DNA of 64,000 nt from Antedon mediterranea (lineage: Eukaryota; Animalia; Echinodermata). The first letter of the stretch is position 1, and every line of letters starts with the position of its first letter. The stretch is from NCBI RefSeq assembly GCF_964355755.1, contig NC_092680.1:17307045-17371044 (forward strand). Reading direction: 5' to 3'. The translations under genes were made by a program, and so were the position numbers. Below are positions 1 through 19,925 of this stretch, in pieces. The notes beneath the pieces were generated by a model. The model was not told the origin of the DNA. It saw nothing but the letters and a program-made list of their open reading frames with translations, and ran no database searches.

Positions 1-3000
1 GATGAGAGCAACCTTTTTATATGGAATGTGGTCATCTTTGGACCCCCAGAAACACTGTACGAGGGTGGCTATTTCAAGGTAAAGTTGAAAGCTAACAACC
101 GAACGAAGAGAACGAATATGTGGTTGAATAAGCCGACCCTTTCTTTTGTTATCAAAATAGAATAATCTGTTTGATCTAATCTAACTAATGTTTGATGATT
201 CATCATGCTTTTGTTTTGTCAGTTGTTTGTGTTTTATTTATTTTTTATGAAGACTCGTCGTGTATGAATTTACATGAAGATCTTTTAGTTTTTACTAAAA
301 AACAGAGTCCAGATTTATTATTCAATCATATGTTATTTTTGGTATATTTGCTTGTGGTGTTGTTATATTTTTTAATTGCAACAATATTATTTCATTATTT
401 TTAATTTTATTATTATTAAATACAATTTTAAATTTATTGGACAGTCTACGATCATAACTTTCATCAAAGGTGGTAAAATATTCTTATTGAAAAGTTACTT
501 ACCTTACAAGTAAATTCTTTGTAGAAATATCGTGTCTTTTTTTATTCCGATGCAATTGCACTTTGAACCACACCCAACCCCAATGAACCACACCCAATCC
601 AATGAACCACACCCAATCCAATGAACCAGGTCCGACGAATTGCCCCAATGAACCAGGTAGCCGATCACTCCGGCCGCGCTTCACTCCGGCCGCCGTATCA
701 GTTTAGCGCGATGTTATGCACTCCGGCCGCTATTCAATTCGACTTCCTGTGCAAAGGGGCTGTTAGTATGGAGCGCCCATATCTACGTTTTCTATACTGT
801 TCAGTGTTATAACAAATTCTTGGTGAATTTAAATGGAACTAGTTGAATATTTATTATCAACAATTTTACTTTTTTCATTAACAATAACATTCAAAGAAGT
901 TGGAACTGCTTTTTCTTTCAAACTAAACTTAACTTAATTAAATTCAATAATAAAATAATAATCAAATGCCCGTCTAATTATTGCTTGAATAACAATATTT
1001 AATTTCTTTCTATGTACATTTATTTTTATAGCTTTACATTTATTAACATTAAAAATTAGTTAAAACCCTTATAACACTTTATCGACTTGCCAGTACCCAT
1101 ACTTACTAATTATAGTTAATAACAATATGTAAAATATTAATTAATTTATTTCAAATAATCAATTATTATTGATGTTTGTTATAGTTAATAACAATATTTT
1201 CAATATTAATTAATTTATTTCAAATAATCAAGTATCCGTCTAATTAATGTTATTACCTGGAATTGTATCAAGAATTAATATATCATTTTTGTACAGTCCA
1301 ATTTACAATGATTTTATATTTTAATTTATATATGATAAAAATAATATGACATATAGGGTACATTGCAATAAATTACATTAATTAATCACATTACAATTAA
1401 TATACTAGCCTATTACATTGGATAAAACACATAAATTATTTTGTTTTAGCATTAGACCTAATTTAAAACACTTGCGATGTTGTTGTGATCCTGAAAGAGA
1501 AAAAATATACTGTATGATTACAAATGTTTATTTTGATTCTCTACAAAAAACGTGTCTCAGTTGTAAAAGACTCATTGGGCGCTCCATAGCTGCGGCCGGA
1601 ATGAATCGCGGCCGGATTGAAGCGCGGCCGGAGTGAAGCGCGGCCGGAGTGATCTGTATTCATGAACCACACCCAATCCAATGAACCAGGTCCGACGAAT
1701 TGCCCCAATGAACCACATCATATGAGGAGTATGTTGACTTTACGTGCTAACGATGATCACCCAAAGGAGATTGAGTATCCAGCTTCTCTCTCGGGCTCTA
1801 GCCTTAAAAAACAAAGAATAAAACTTATCTCTAGGAAAATTATGAGAAAAGACGATGCAATGAGTAAAGCCATGGGTTTTGTGTGGTTTAAAGAAATGAA
1901 AATGTACCATCATGCCTGAATACCATGGATAAAGAATACATTTTATGACTTTTCATCAGATTTGTTTATTTAAGCATGGCTTCCTAAATGCAAAGTAAAT
2001 TAATGCAACATGACATTGATTTGTCCAATCATAATTTGTCAATATATTTGCATTGCAAATATAGTACTATACATCACTGCATTGCATGCTGGTGTTCAAA
2101 AATAATTTTATGGTAGGATTAATTTCATTTTGTAGTATTCATCAAGGAACCCAATTGCGAGTATTACCATATTTTGTGATTTGTAGTCTGAAATCTGTAT
2201 AATTTTCCAAAAAAGAGGTTTTTCCCCCAAACAAAAAAAATCCAAACAATTTCACTACCAGTAACATGTTTTCATAAATTTTCTTTTGTTATAATCCAAG
2301 TTGTGATAAAATAAATATTAAGTTGTCTGCACAGTACTATGTGGATTAGGCCAAGTTGAGCCGCCGACAATTTGAGCCGCCACCAGAAAAACGTTATTTT
2401 CTATGAAACGCCAAATGCTAACTTTCGCCGGTGCTCGTTTCTATTTAATAGAAGTTCATAGAAATGTTGTAAAAGACGCACTGGGCGTTTCATAGAAATT
2501 TCCGGCAGCTCAACTTGTCGGCGGCCCAACCGGTCATATGCCCTATATGTACTCTATGTACATCATTTTGTGCTCTCCACTAACTGTACTAGTACACTAG
2601 TAAAACATTTTTTAACAACAAAATTGTCTACTACTGTATACAGTATTTATTTTTAATAGTACAATTAAAGAACAGTTTTCAAGTTGTTTTTTTATTAGTT
2701 TGAAAGTGATATTTCAATTAAATTCAAATACAATTAAAAACTGATATCGAATTCATCTAGACTATCACTGTGTTTTTATGTCTATTGCGTTTTTCGTACT
2801 ATTAGTTGGGAAAGCCACTCGACAGTGCAGTTCTTTTGAACTGATCCACTTTTGGTTACCCGCAGGTGCTGATAGTACTTTTTGTTCTGTTTTGTTGAAT
2901 GATGCCGTACCTTGTTTATGATTTTTGTATGTTACCTGGAAATTGAATAAAATAAAATAAACGAAATTAAAACACAAGTATACATACAAGGTCGAAATTG

Positions 3001-6000
3001 GTAGACATGTTAATCTACCATTTATTTTGATATTTCAATTAAATTCATATCTGAGAATTCTCGAAAGATGTTTTACAAATTGTACTACTCTACTTGTCAG
3101 CTTGCGAGGCAAAAGCAAAAATTGATTTGTGTAGATGGTGTGGTAATTTTGTTCTGAACAGATAATCAATAACCAAAGATAAGATGTGTCACTATTATTT
3201 TATGGATGCTATAGTCTCCACATCAAATGTACTGTAGCTTGAGATCGATATGATATTGTGGGTGTGGCTGTGACCCCAGTATGTACTGTATACAGTATAG
3301 CTGACCATGATTATTACATCCTTAGTTTGGATGCTGCTACTGTATACAATAATATTATACATATTATTATAAATTATTATATAATGAATGAATGTTTTTA
3401 AGTGCAATGGTGCAAATAATTTCATTACAGTAGGTGAAAATAGAAAATTTCATCTTTCAATGAATGAAATTATTTGTTCCATTGCATGAATACAGTATAA
3501 AGACATTCATTATTTGTTTAAAACACACCTTTTTATAATAATAATAATTTATTTCGGAACTTCACTTTTGTAACAGTGGCACACTTCACATTTTGAAGGT
3601 GCGTCCAACAAAATATATAAGAAAGCACAAAATAGACAAAAAACATAGGTAATCTTACTTAAACTACATACGGTAACATGTAATAAAACCCATTCATTCC
3701 CCTCCCTCCCCTTCTCCAAAAATAACAAGTACAACATATAATTTAAATACAGTACATGATTACTCTTAATCTACAAAACCAATCACTAATCACCCCCCCC
3801 CCCCCCACCCACCTTATGTACAACATGACGGAAATATAAATACAACAACATTTTTTTCTCCATAATTACAATAGGAAAAATATAATAACCAGTGTTAACA
3901 AACAGAAAATTAGATTAGAACCAGTATAATTGTTTATGCAACCACTTTAGACCATAACTGTTAATATGCATACTATTGTATTTACAGTAACTGTTTATAC
4001 AAATATAACTAGGCAAAAGTAAAAGAATTATTATGACGAAAACAATTAACAGACACTTTTAAATAATTAGTTATCTAAAAAACTAAACCTAATTTTACTA
4101 TTACAAAATTACACTGTCTTTACAGTTTCTATTATGTAATTCGCTACTGTAAAGACAGGCCAGATCCAATTTTGGATGCAAAGTTATTCAACAGTATTTA
4201 TTTTATTTATTACTTATATTTTACCCTTGAATTCAATAATAATATTAATAATGTTGCTTTTATCTTGCAGGCAATGATGGCATTTCCTCCAGGCTATCCG
4301 TACTACCCTCCAACCTTTAAATTTCTTACAAAAATGTGGCATCCTAACATATATGAGGTAAGCTATCCAGGGATGTACTAACTACTGGACAAACAAATAT
4401 ATTTAACATTACTTAAGCTTGGTTCCCACTAGAACGTAATGCCAGGACGTACAGTAAACGCAACGCAAGTGTTTTAACCAATGAAAAGCGAAGTTATAGA
4501 CAGTTAGCAATCACAAGCGAATAAGCCATTGCTTGTGATTGGTCAATTCACTTGCATTGCGTTACGTCCTTGTGTTGCGTCGCTAGTGGGAACCACGCTT
4601 TAGTGGAATGATCCTTATACAGTAAAAGGTCAATTTACACAGACAAGCGATAGCTTGTTTAAATTTTCATGTAGAGTCTGAATCTATCCTAATCAAAAAC
4701 TTTACGTCCTCTCTGCATTGTGTGTAAAGGATCATATGGAATAACAGAGATTTTAAATTTTTATTAAAACGTTACTGCTCGTCTGTCTGTATCGGCCTTA
4801 AAGTTGTATAGAGGCTTTCAGACATTCTAACCCCCCTGGTAGCCTCTTTGCCTATTATCATCAATGTTCACATATCTTTCACAGATTAAACACGTCAAAT
4901 CGGTTTAATTAAATAGGTTAAATCGGTTTGATTAAACACGTCAAATCGGTTTAACGTCAAGTGTTTTAAGATCCACTACAATATGTAAAACCTCCCGAAA
5001 TTAATTTGGAGGTTGGAACATCAGTTTGGAAGAGAAGGCTTAATCAACTTTAGATTTGATGGGAAAAATAGGATGGGATGGGTTTGAAACTACTTCCATG
5101 CTTATGTAACAACTTTAATCCACACATATAGTACAATGAATAATAATATAATTCAATTGATACTAATCTTAGTCAGTAGTCTATTGTCCTTGGTATCCAA
5201 ATAACAAATCGTTGTCAATAATTAGACTTGAGCTTTGCCTACACAACTGTATCAAACTAGTTTGACAAATAAGTGCGATGTGCCTAAATATGGTAGTGAT
5301 GTGCCCAAAGATGGTAGTGATACGACATCATCATGCCCAAAGATGGGCACATCACATTTCATAAGTTTGATAATCACATAAAGTTTGATAGTGTAGACAG
5401 AACTATATATAAAGCTTTAGTCGTAGTTACTGTATTGCTGTTATGAGCTAATAATACATGTTGGAGAAAAATAAACTTTGACCTACAGATATTGATCTTC
5501 TTGGTATACCGTACAGTATATTGTGTTTCCTTGCATGATCAATTGATTCGTTTTACCCTATTTATTATAATACTGATGATAGAATTCTGACATTCGATTG
5601 ATTTAAACATTGCATAGTCAAGATACAATAAAAAAAAAGGATTTGCAATAACCTGTCCAACCTACAGTATAATACTCTATGAATTTTGTAAATTTAAAGG
5701 CATAATGCTTGTTGTTGGACTACTGATCGTGGGTTTGAATCCAACGCTTGTCCCATTGCTTACTGTATCTTTAGTCAAGGCACTTTAGTTAAGTCTGCCT
5801 TTTTCCACCCAGGTATACAAATGGGTAAAAAAAAAGTATATTAAATTCATATTAACTGTATTAAGCTCAATCAAACTTAATGTGACAAAAAAATGTGATG
5901 TGCCCATATGGACATGATGTCATGATGGTCATATCACTACCATATTTGGGCACAACATACTTTTTTTGTCTAGAGCTTTAGCATAAATTACATGCATCAA

Positions 6001-9000
6001 ACTACATTACATGTTTATTTATTATATTTTATCCTAAAGTGGTGTAGATTGCTAGAAATAATCATTTAGTGAATGTCTGTCACCATCTGTGAACAATTGA
6101 TAATGCTAGGCAAGACTTTAACAATAGATGATAGAAGCCTCCTTTCACATAGCACAGTTCAAAAGTGTATTTTAGATGTCGCCATAATTTTATTTGAAGG
6201 CTATTTTTTGTTTATTGATAGTACATGGTCAACAATATGCCCATGGTTACAGAGTTTATTATTAATGCAGTATTTTTTTCTGCATAATTTGCTTTTAAAA
6301 TCTGGCCAAATAAGCAAATTGTTAATGCTCATAATAAAGGTGATCACTATTTTGGTAGGGGCCATGACTTAAGAAAGCTGCAGTAGATGCTTAGCTACAC
6401 TAGACTCGAAAATAGCAGAGAAATATGTCTTAAAAGAAGTCTTGTTTGTTCATTCATTTGTTGTTAGAGTAATATCTGCGATCTGTAATATCCTGATCTG
6501 TTTAGATACAGTAGTTACTGTATGTAAATTTTGAGCAATAACCAAATTACAATATAATAGGCAGAAGTTGCTCACTGAACTACGACCCAAGATTGTGGGA
6601 TGGAGAAGAATTAGTAAAACATAATTACTGTACACCCACAGTCTTCCAGCTGTCAAACATTTAAAGTAACCTGTTTCTTATGTCTAGTTAAAAAAAAACC
6701 AGTTGATAAAATCAGTAAAACACCAGTAAATGATTTTACTATTTTGTAGATCGGCCATCCATGTATCAATTTAAGGTTGTTTTTATTTTATTAGCCTTTG
6801 TTTTGTAAATTAGAATAAGATGTTTTTATTAACTTTTGTTTTTAGACTGGTGATGTGTGTATATCAATTCTTCATCCTCCTGTGGATGACCCACAGAGCG
6901 GTGAATTACCTTCAGAAAGGTGGAACCCAACACAAAGTGTCAGGTAACTACTTTTTTCTTCAATATGAAAAAAAACCAGCAAATTTAATTTTACTAGGAC
7001 TACTGTACAACAATAGACCAACCTTCACAAGTTTAATGTTTAGATAAGAAGAAACAATGAAAAACTGTGAATGACAAGGACTATCAATTCACTGGAAAAT
7101 AAGTCCTTGATTTATTAAAATATTTTACCCTATAAACAAGAATGAAACAATCTATATTTCCAATGTCTGTTTCTGCAGCATAATGTATTACAGCGAATAA
7201 CCATTTATAAAAAAAATGGAGTAAATAGTACCATTTACAGTAGTAATAGAAATACACCTGAGGAACAAGAAGTTGTTTGTACGTTTACTGTATACAGACT
7301 CTGGTATAACTTTTGTACAATAACTCTATCTAACAGTAACACAAAATACAGCAAAGTTTGGTAGGTGGGCCAAATACCAAAATGTAATGACTTGGCTCTT
7401 AGTCACAGACTTATAATTATATCCCAGGGTGGGCTTATGTATAAAGTCAGTATGGTAAATGTATGTATATAATAAAAATGTATTATTTTATCATGATCTT
7501 TGGTTGTTTTAAAACTTTTTTCTATAAATCAAATTATGCTTCCTGTAGAACAATTCTGCTAAGCGTTATCTCGTTACTGAACGAACCAAACACATTTTCA
7601 CCCGCAAATGTCGATGCCTCAGTGATGTATCGAAAATGGAAAGAGACAAAAGGAAAAGATGACAAATATCGCAAGATTATTGAGTAAGTCAAAATTAAAT
7701 TAATAGCACATGTGATAGTTATACTCACTACACAAACTTATTCAGCAAATCAGAGGAAAATGAACCGCACATTCATGACAATGCATAAAACCTGTTATTT
7801 CCAAAACATTGATCAACATAACCACGCTATGTAGTATGTTTGCAAAAATGGTGAGTTACAGTATGGTGGTGTGCGTAAAGATACTTTGGTGAAAAAGTAC
7901 ATTGTTTTACATTGTGCAATAATTTACTAATTACCGCTTCCAATGAGGTTATATTTTTGCCTGCAGTATTTGTTTTGTTAACATTTTAAACCAAATCTAA
8001 CAGATAGATACTGCATGTGGTCATGGATAATTACATTCAATTTTGGAAGCAATCCAAACCAGGATCCCAATTCTGGACCACATCTATTTTTTTACTAATT
8101 TTGGGCAGATCTTTACCAAATTCAAACCCCTGAAAGGTATAGCTACAAATGATGAATTAAATTTTGGAGGCAATCCAGACCGGTATCACAATTTTGGACC
8201 ACTTGTGGGGTGATGGTAAAATTGTGGTTTTATGGTCACTAACTGACAATTCTACATAATATTTATATAGCAAAATTGTGGTTGGAAAATGTATTTAAAT
8301 TATCCCTGGAAAGGGGCTGGGAGTATGTAGGCCTATCCCCATGACCTATGGAATGTCTTAAACTACATTTAAAAACTGCCACTGAGGGATTATGGGTTGG
8401 GAGTGATGGCTAACACAATTTGTACTGGAACCATCTTAAAACACATCACCCAGTGTATCTGGGGTGTGTTTGGAGGGGGAGACGGAGGAGCAAAAATACT
8501 GGCGTAATGAAGTCTATATGATTGAAATTGTACTAGGAAAAGTTACTATATTTGAACTGTCCAGGGGAAGAGTTAAGGTTTGTTGATTGTGGCTGGGATG
8601 GTGAGAGGAGAAAGAAGGCTGGGGGACCGCAGTATCTAAATTAGATATTTTAATTATCAGCCAATATGACACCTATTCATTTACACAGTTTACAATACAA
8701 CGTACAACCATTATTAGGCCTATCATATCTATGTACTCCTCCCAGTTTGAAGCTAAAGTTGAAATGAATTTGTCCTTCAATGGGAAGAATTTGTTTTTAG
8801 TGTGGGGTGTTATTGAAGAGGAGTGGAGGTTTGGTGAGTATAGAGAGATACTGGCGTCGGGTGTTATGTACTGAGAAAGCTTTAAACTAATTTTAAAAAC
8901 CCGCCCTGGGGCGGGTATAATTGCTAGTATTATATATTATACACTAGACAACTCTCTGTTTGGGCTACACAGTTTGATATTTTAAACAATAGAAATTTAC

Positions 9001-9305
9001 AAATACCTTAGAGGAGATATGTAATCTCTGATTGCATTTGTTAATAATGTTTTTTTTATTACAATCGTTGCAGAAAACAAGTGAATTCAAGTCGTGAAGA
9101 TGCAAAGAAAGATGGCGTCAAAGTTCCAACTACCTTACAAGAGTACTGCATTAAACCAAAGGTACAACCTCAATCACACAGCTCAATGGACTTTGCTGAC
9201 ATATACTACGATGAGTATGACTTAGAGGACGAGGAGGAGGAAGAGGATGAGGAAGACGAGGTGTACTATGATGACGAGGATGACTCGGGCAACGGGGAAT
9301 CGTGA
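1..9305 (+). CDS. CDC34: Ubiquitin-conjugating enzyme E2 R (CDC34/UBE2R family), 5'-partial, 5 exons visible
   Basis: Exons 1-78, 4271-4357, 6846-6943, 7549-7683 and 9074-9305 have GT-AG introns and consistent phases. The translation gives [19 protein letters not shown] / [25 protein letters not shown] / [32 protein letters not shown] (catalytic Cys plus the CDC34 acidic loop) / [24 protein letters not shown] / [15 protein letters not shown], followed by an acidic tail. The start codon lies upstream of the window. Confidence 0.96.
564..655. repeat. Short tandem array of CCAATGAACCACACCCAAT-type units
   Basis: There are 4-5 related units; 602-655 is repeated at 1662-1715. Confidence 0.8.
656..1661. 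mobile_element. Foldback/Mutator-like non-autonomous TIR element with subterminal GCGGCCGG repeats
   Basis: A perfect 31-bp inverted repeat lies at 663-693 / 1624-1654, and a second IR TATGGAGCGCCCA at ~767 / ~1576. The core is very AT-rich. ATGAACCA flanks both sides as part of a 54-bp direct repeat. Confidence 0.8.
2344..2543. mobile_element. MITE with imperfect TIRs carrying internal TTGAGCCGCC repeats
   Basis: The left GTTGAGCCGCCGACAATTTGAGCCGCC matches the right reverse complement GTTGGGCCGCCGACAAGTTGAGCTGCC. Confidence 0.7.
4416..4599. mobile_element. Harbinger/PIF-like MITE family C (AGCTTGGTTCCCACTAG TIR)
   Basis: TIRs with TTA on both flanks. Further copies lie at 14902-15040, 30981-31159, 35233-35554 (longer variant) and 44724-44879. 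Confidence 0.85.
5231..5404. mobile_element. Harbinger/PIF-like MITE family D (AGCTCTGTCTACACTATCAAACT TIR), degenerate copy
   Basis: About 15 copies occur in the window: 5231-5404, 5864-5977, 12346-12733, 14412-14572, 26048-26217, 28013-28167, 31560-31690, 37806-38284, 40000-40123, 42671-42802, 43750-43892, 50233-50826, 59764-59824, 60205-60338, 61442-61623. Flanks are TAA/TTA and the internal unit is 21 bp (AAATATGGTAGTGATATGCCC). Confidence 0.8.
5695..5830 (+). mobile_element. Degenerate tRNA-derived SINE remnant
   Basis: A B-box-like GGGTTTGAATCC is followed by TGTATCTTTAGTCAAGGCACTTT and CCACCCAGGTATACAAATGGGTA, which resemble common core-SINE bodies. Confidence 0.55.
7927..8927 (+). 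mobile_element. Helitron/Helentron-like remnants in the last CDC34 intron
   Basis: Hairpin ACCCGCCC-TG-GGGCGGGT (8899-8916) is followed by CTAG|T (8924-8928). There is an internal duplicate AATTTTGGA(A/G)GCAATCCA...TGGACCAC at ~8039 and ~8160. The 5' boundary is uncertain and this may be two elements. Confidence 0.5.
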
Positions 9306-12211
9306 TATTATCCGTATAAAAATAGATCACGTTTCGACTATTTGCTGTAAAGACATTTGTGCATATGAACATATTTATAAACACAAGAGGCATGGCTGTC
9401 TCTAGAAACATGTTGTGTTTAAAACTCTAACATACAACCTTTAAATCATGTCATCTTTTGTGTACAGTACAAATCGTTGGATGTGTTCAACGTCTGTCAA
9501 AGGTGAATAAATAAATAAATACAAAAAAACATGAAAAAAAATCTCCTGATGCGATTGTGGCCATTCCATATATGGAGAATAAATGTTTAGATTTTGGGTA
9601 GATGTAGGTAATTATTTCATTTGGAATTTGAGTACAACGTTTTATTTTATTTAAACAAAATTTTGGGTCAGTTATTTTCCCTCATTACTATAAAAATGTT
9701 AATCAAAAAGTGAAGCCCTGACGTTTAATTTTTTAATTTTTTTTTTATTTTGATGTAATTGTAAAATAGTTCTGTTAAGTATTTTTTAAGTCTGTGTGTC
9801 ACTATACACCACTTCTATGTCATTTCTAAAACGTCTCCATTGAAATAACTCTGATAACATCATCCGCAAACTGTACTCAAAATGCTTATTTGGTTATTGA
9901 CTAGTCAGCAAAGTTGAAACATGATTTTGCTATTAGCCAATCGGCAGAGTTGAAACATCATCATCATTTGGTTATTAACCAATCATCATCATTTGATTAT
10001 TAACCAATCAGCAGAATTGAAAAAAATTGCTGATTTACAAAAAATAAGTATTTTTGGTATAATGACCAATTAGCAATGTTTAAAAATGGAGGGCAAGATC
10101 ACTGGGGCTGATACACGGAAGATATTTCATAGATGCAACTTATGAGAGTGGTTTTGCATTGGCAGCAGGGCATAGTGACTCTTTGTGTTGACAGGAGTGG
10201 GATTCTGAGCCTAGACCCAGACACGTATTGTAGATAGATAGGATATGCCATGTTGCCCATTTCTACTGTGGACAAGTCATGTTTATTATGAAATGTTTGT
10301 TGGATTAGTATATTAATTTAATAATAAGTTTTGTAAAGTTGTCGGTATTTGCATAAATGATAACCTTTTTAACATTATAAAGCTGCGTGCTAAAACAATT
10401 TGTTATTAACAGACTGATTTTCTTTACTAATCAACTCTCCTACACTTACATCCAGGAACGTAAAACTGTAATTCTAATATAGGTCACTTTGTTTCAATTG
10501 TTATTCTCCATATGAGCTCTTCTGGTGGACATAGTGGGCAAGCCGAAGGTGTCAAGATTTCAAAAAGTTATTACTGATGATATCAATTTATTTAATCTTA
10601 AAATTATTTAAAATAATTTTTGTTTTGTTCACAATAATCTAATTGTTTGATTTGATAATCTACATATTTTTATTATCTCCACTGTATTCAATAACTCGAC
10701 TATCATTTTATTGTTGCAATTGTAATTACTGTACAATGAATCTGTGAATGCCACATAAAGAAATTGTTAATGGTCACAAGCATTATTAAACTAGTGTGGG
10801 GAATCATCATCAGAAAACTGTATTTGACTAAGTTAAGATCCAGTCAACCGGTATATAACCAGAAATCTGTAATCTTCAATACTGTATTTGATTAAGTTAA
10901 TAACAGGTATCTGGTCAACAGGTATCTGGTGAAATAACCAGAAACCTGTAATCTTCAATACTGTATTTGACCAGGTCAACAGTCAGGTATCATAAAATAA
11001 CCAGCAAAACTGTAATATTCAATTACCAAGTCAATTTCAGAAGTATGGTTATATTTAGTAACTCAAAGTTAACCTCTTGTCATCTCAAATTCCCAAGTAT
11101 TTTAAATGGTATAAACCAGTAGACTAGATTCAAGTTAAAATCAAGTAACTAATAGTAATAAAAGTGGTTTTCTCAAATTCCGGTTATTTAAAGTACTATG
11201 TGACAGATAACTAATATTTTATATCTGAAACAAACAGTTTAAACTGATCAATTTATATCGCAACAAGTTAATCAACTCATTCTCAAAATAAAGTAGAACG
11301 ATAATACAAGGGTTTCTCTCCAATTGGTTAGTCCTAAAAATGTAGCAAACATGATCACCTATAGAAAAATCCAAGTGTATGTCCAGTAATAAGTTATTGT
11401 TAATCTGTTGTGTCTACTTTATACCTAATAATGACCTGGTTAGTGCAAGACAGTTATTGATAACCAGGTTAAGAATCTTGGTAGCCACTATTCTGTTTCC
11501 ACCCCTGAATACATAAAGAAATTGAATATACCATTACAACAGCAACAATATGCTGTTTGTCTTCAACAAATGGAGTATGATTAGTGTTGCTCTACATTCA
11601 TGGGATTGTATATTATGGGAAACAATTATTAAAACATCGATGGGAGAAGATGTTTAAAGAGGATGGCAGAAAGAACATGGTATTATGATAAGAAGAGGAT
11701 GGATGAAGGGGAGAGGGGAAAGAAGGGTGGTTGGGGAAGGGGACGGGTATTGAGAAGGGGACGTAAAAGTACATCTATAAACCACTTTGTATTATTTAGC
11801 CTTTTCTAGGCTTTTTTCAGCATGTATGTAATAATGCATACTCATAAATTGTATGACATTGTATTGCAATTGGGTATCATAAATAATCACAAACACAATG
11901 ACATTGTTGTTTTTAATATTTGAGTATGCATACCGGTATCTTATTCATTTATCTTGCCTGGTTGAAAACCTGTCATGGGTGATTTGATACTTTGCTCTCT
12001 TTATTTACCCAGACTTACTAAGTAAAGATAGACTGTACTAGTATAATAGAAAATTATTCATTTCATTCATACCTACAGGTACTAAAATGAATGATTGTCT
12101 TTAAGGGATGCCATCAACCGTTTTCTTATTGTTAAATGTGTTTAAGGATATTAAAGTAATGTCCAATATTGTATAGTATGAGTTCAGTTGTTTTTTTGTG
12201 TGTGTAAAATA

Positions 12212-12751
12212 CAGTCAACTTTCCCAATACCAGATACCTTTGGAAAGTCTGGTATTCAGAATGTGTTTTTAATGGTAAAAATGGACCATTTTGACATCAA
12301 GAAAAGTCTACTTTGAGTTTCCGGTTTTCAGAGAGTCGACTATTAAGTTCTGTCTATACTATCAAACTAGTTTGACAAAAAAAGTGTGATGTGCCCAAAT
12401 ATGGTAGTGATAATAATAAATCAGGCTTGATAGAGCGCATTATGCAAATAGCCCCAATGCACTTAAGCAAAAATATACAAATAAGAGAAATTAGTCAAAA
12501 GATAACTTAAATAGATGAGTTTTAAAAAATTGTTTGAATATAAAAATGGTGGATGCTTGTTGAATTGCAGGTGGTAAGTCGTACCAAAGAGTTACTGAGG
12601 CACAGATGAGTGAGTGACTTCCATAAAACTATGTAGAAGGGTGGACAGAGTGTGAGAGAAGAGACCCAGAAGATATGACATCATCATGTCCATATATGGG
12701 CACATCACAAATTTGATAGTGTTAGACAGAGTTTTAGGAGAGCTGACTGTA
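12212..12751. mobile_element. Tc1/mariner-type (TA|CAGTC...GACTG|TA) MITE with nested MITE D and L2 fragment
   Basis: It starts TACAGTCAACTTTCCCAATACC and ends GGAGAGCTGACTGTA. A related copy in the opposite orientation lies at ~15720-15899. Confidence 0.7.
12412..12671 (-). mobile_element. L2-type LINE 3' fragment
   Basis: The minus strand translates as FYGSHSLICASVTLWYDLPPAIQQASTIFIFKQFFKTHLFKLSFD*, the typical L2 ORF2 C-terminus, followed by a (TTA)n tail. Confidence 0.75.
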
Positions 12752-13172
12752 TACAGTTACATTTTCTTCATGTGACTGGATACCAGAAAATATAATTACA
12801 ACATGAGACATGAAGTAAATGATTTCAGACAATTTAATTTGCATCTCATCATCATCTAAGTAAAGGCTAAATTAAAAAAATTATTTTGTATAAGAAAATT
12901 TATTTTATTATTGATATATGTAGTTTTGAAATAATACATCACATTTATATGTGCTATATAAATCAACCTATTTATTATTCAGTTTATAAAAATCTATCAC
13001 ATAAAATATACAATTGTATCAACAGCTAAATATAAATGATTAATTTCAAACATAATTGATTTTAATAAAATATAAACTTTTATTTAAATATAATCAATAA
13101 TGGTCTTTTAAAAGGAATGTTTTGTTATGCTAAAATAGACTTTAATGGCTAATACTAAAGCTATGTTTAGAG

Positions 13173-19716
<6,544 letters not shown>

Positions 19717-19871
19717 GATCACAAAATTGTTTGTTGACAACTCATCACATTTATTGTAAAATATGAAGTACCCCCTCTATAATTCAGCCAGGTTGCTAAC
19801 AGGTTTCAAATATGGCGCTGTACACAAGTGAAAAGAAAATGATTTTCGTTTTACTGTAAAAACTATGAATT
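19717..19871. promoter_or_regulatory. Candidate bidirectional promoter between GALT and LRRC49
   Basis: The interval is 155 bp between the GALT ATG (19716, -) and the candidate LRRC49 ATG (19872, +). It contains GTTGCT (RFX half-site-like, 19792-19797) and ATGGCG (YY1 core-like, 19812-19817). Confidence 0.45.
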
Positions 19872-19925
19872 ATGAATCCATACGGCCGTGCAAAGCTTAA
19901 AGCAACAATCTCTAATACAAAAGAG
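19872..19925 (+). CDS. LRRC49: Candidate first coding exon of LRRC49 (MNPYGRAKLKATISNTKE)
   Basis: ATG-initiated 54-nt ORF ending GAG|GTACTG in phase 0, compatible with the phase-0 exons at 25754 and 30488. Homology support is weak. Confidence 0.5.

Noticed and set aside
9880-10075. Cluster of CCAAT boxes
   Set aside because: It lies in the presumed CDC34 3' UTR and is part of a short degenerate local repeat, with no downstream gene start.
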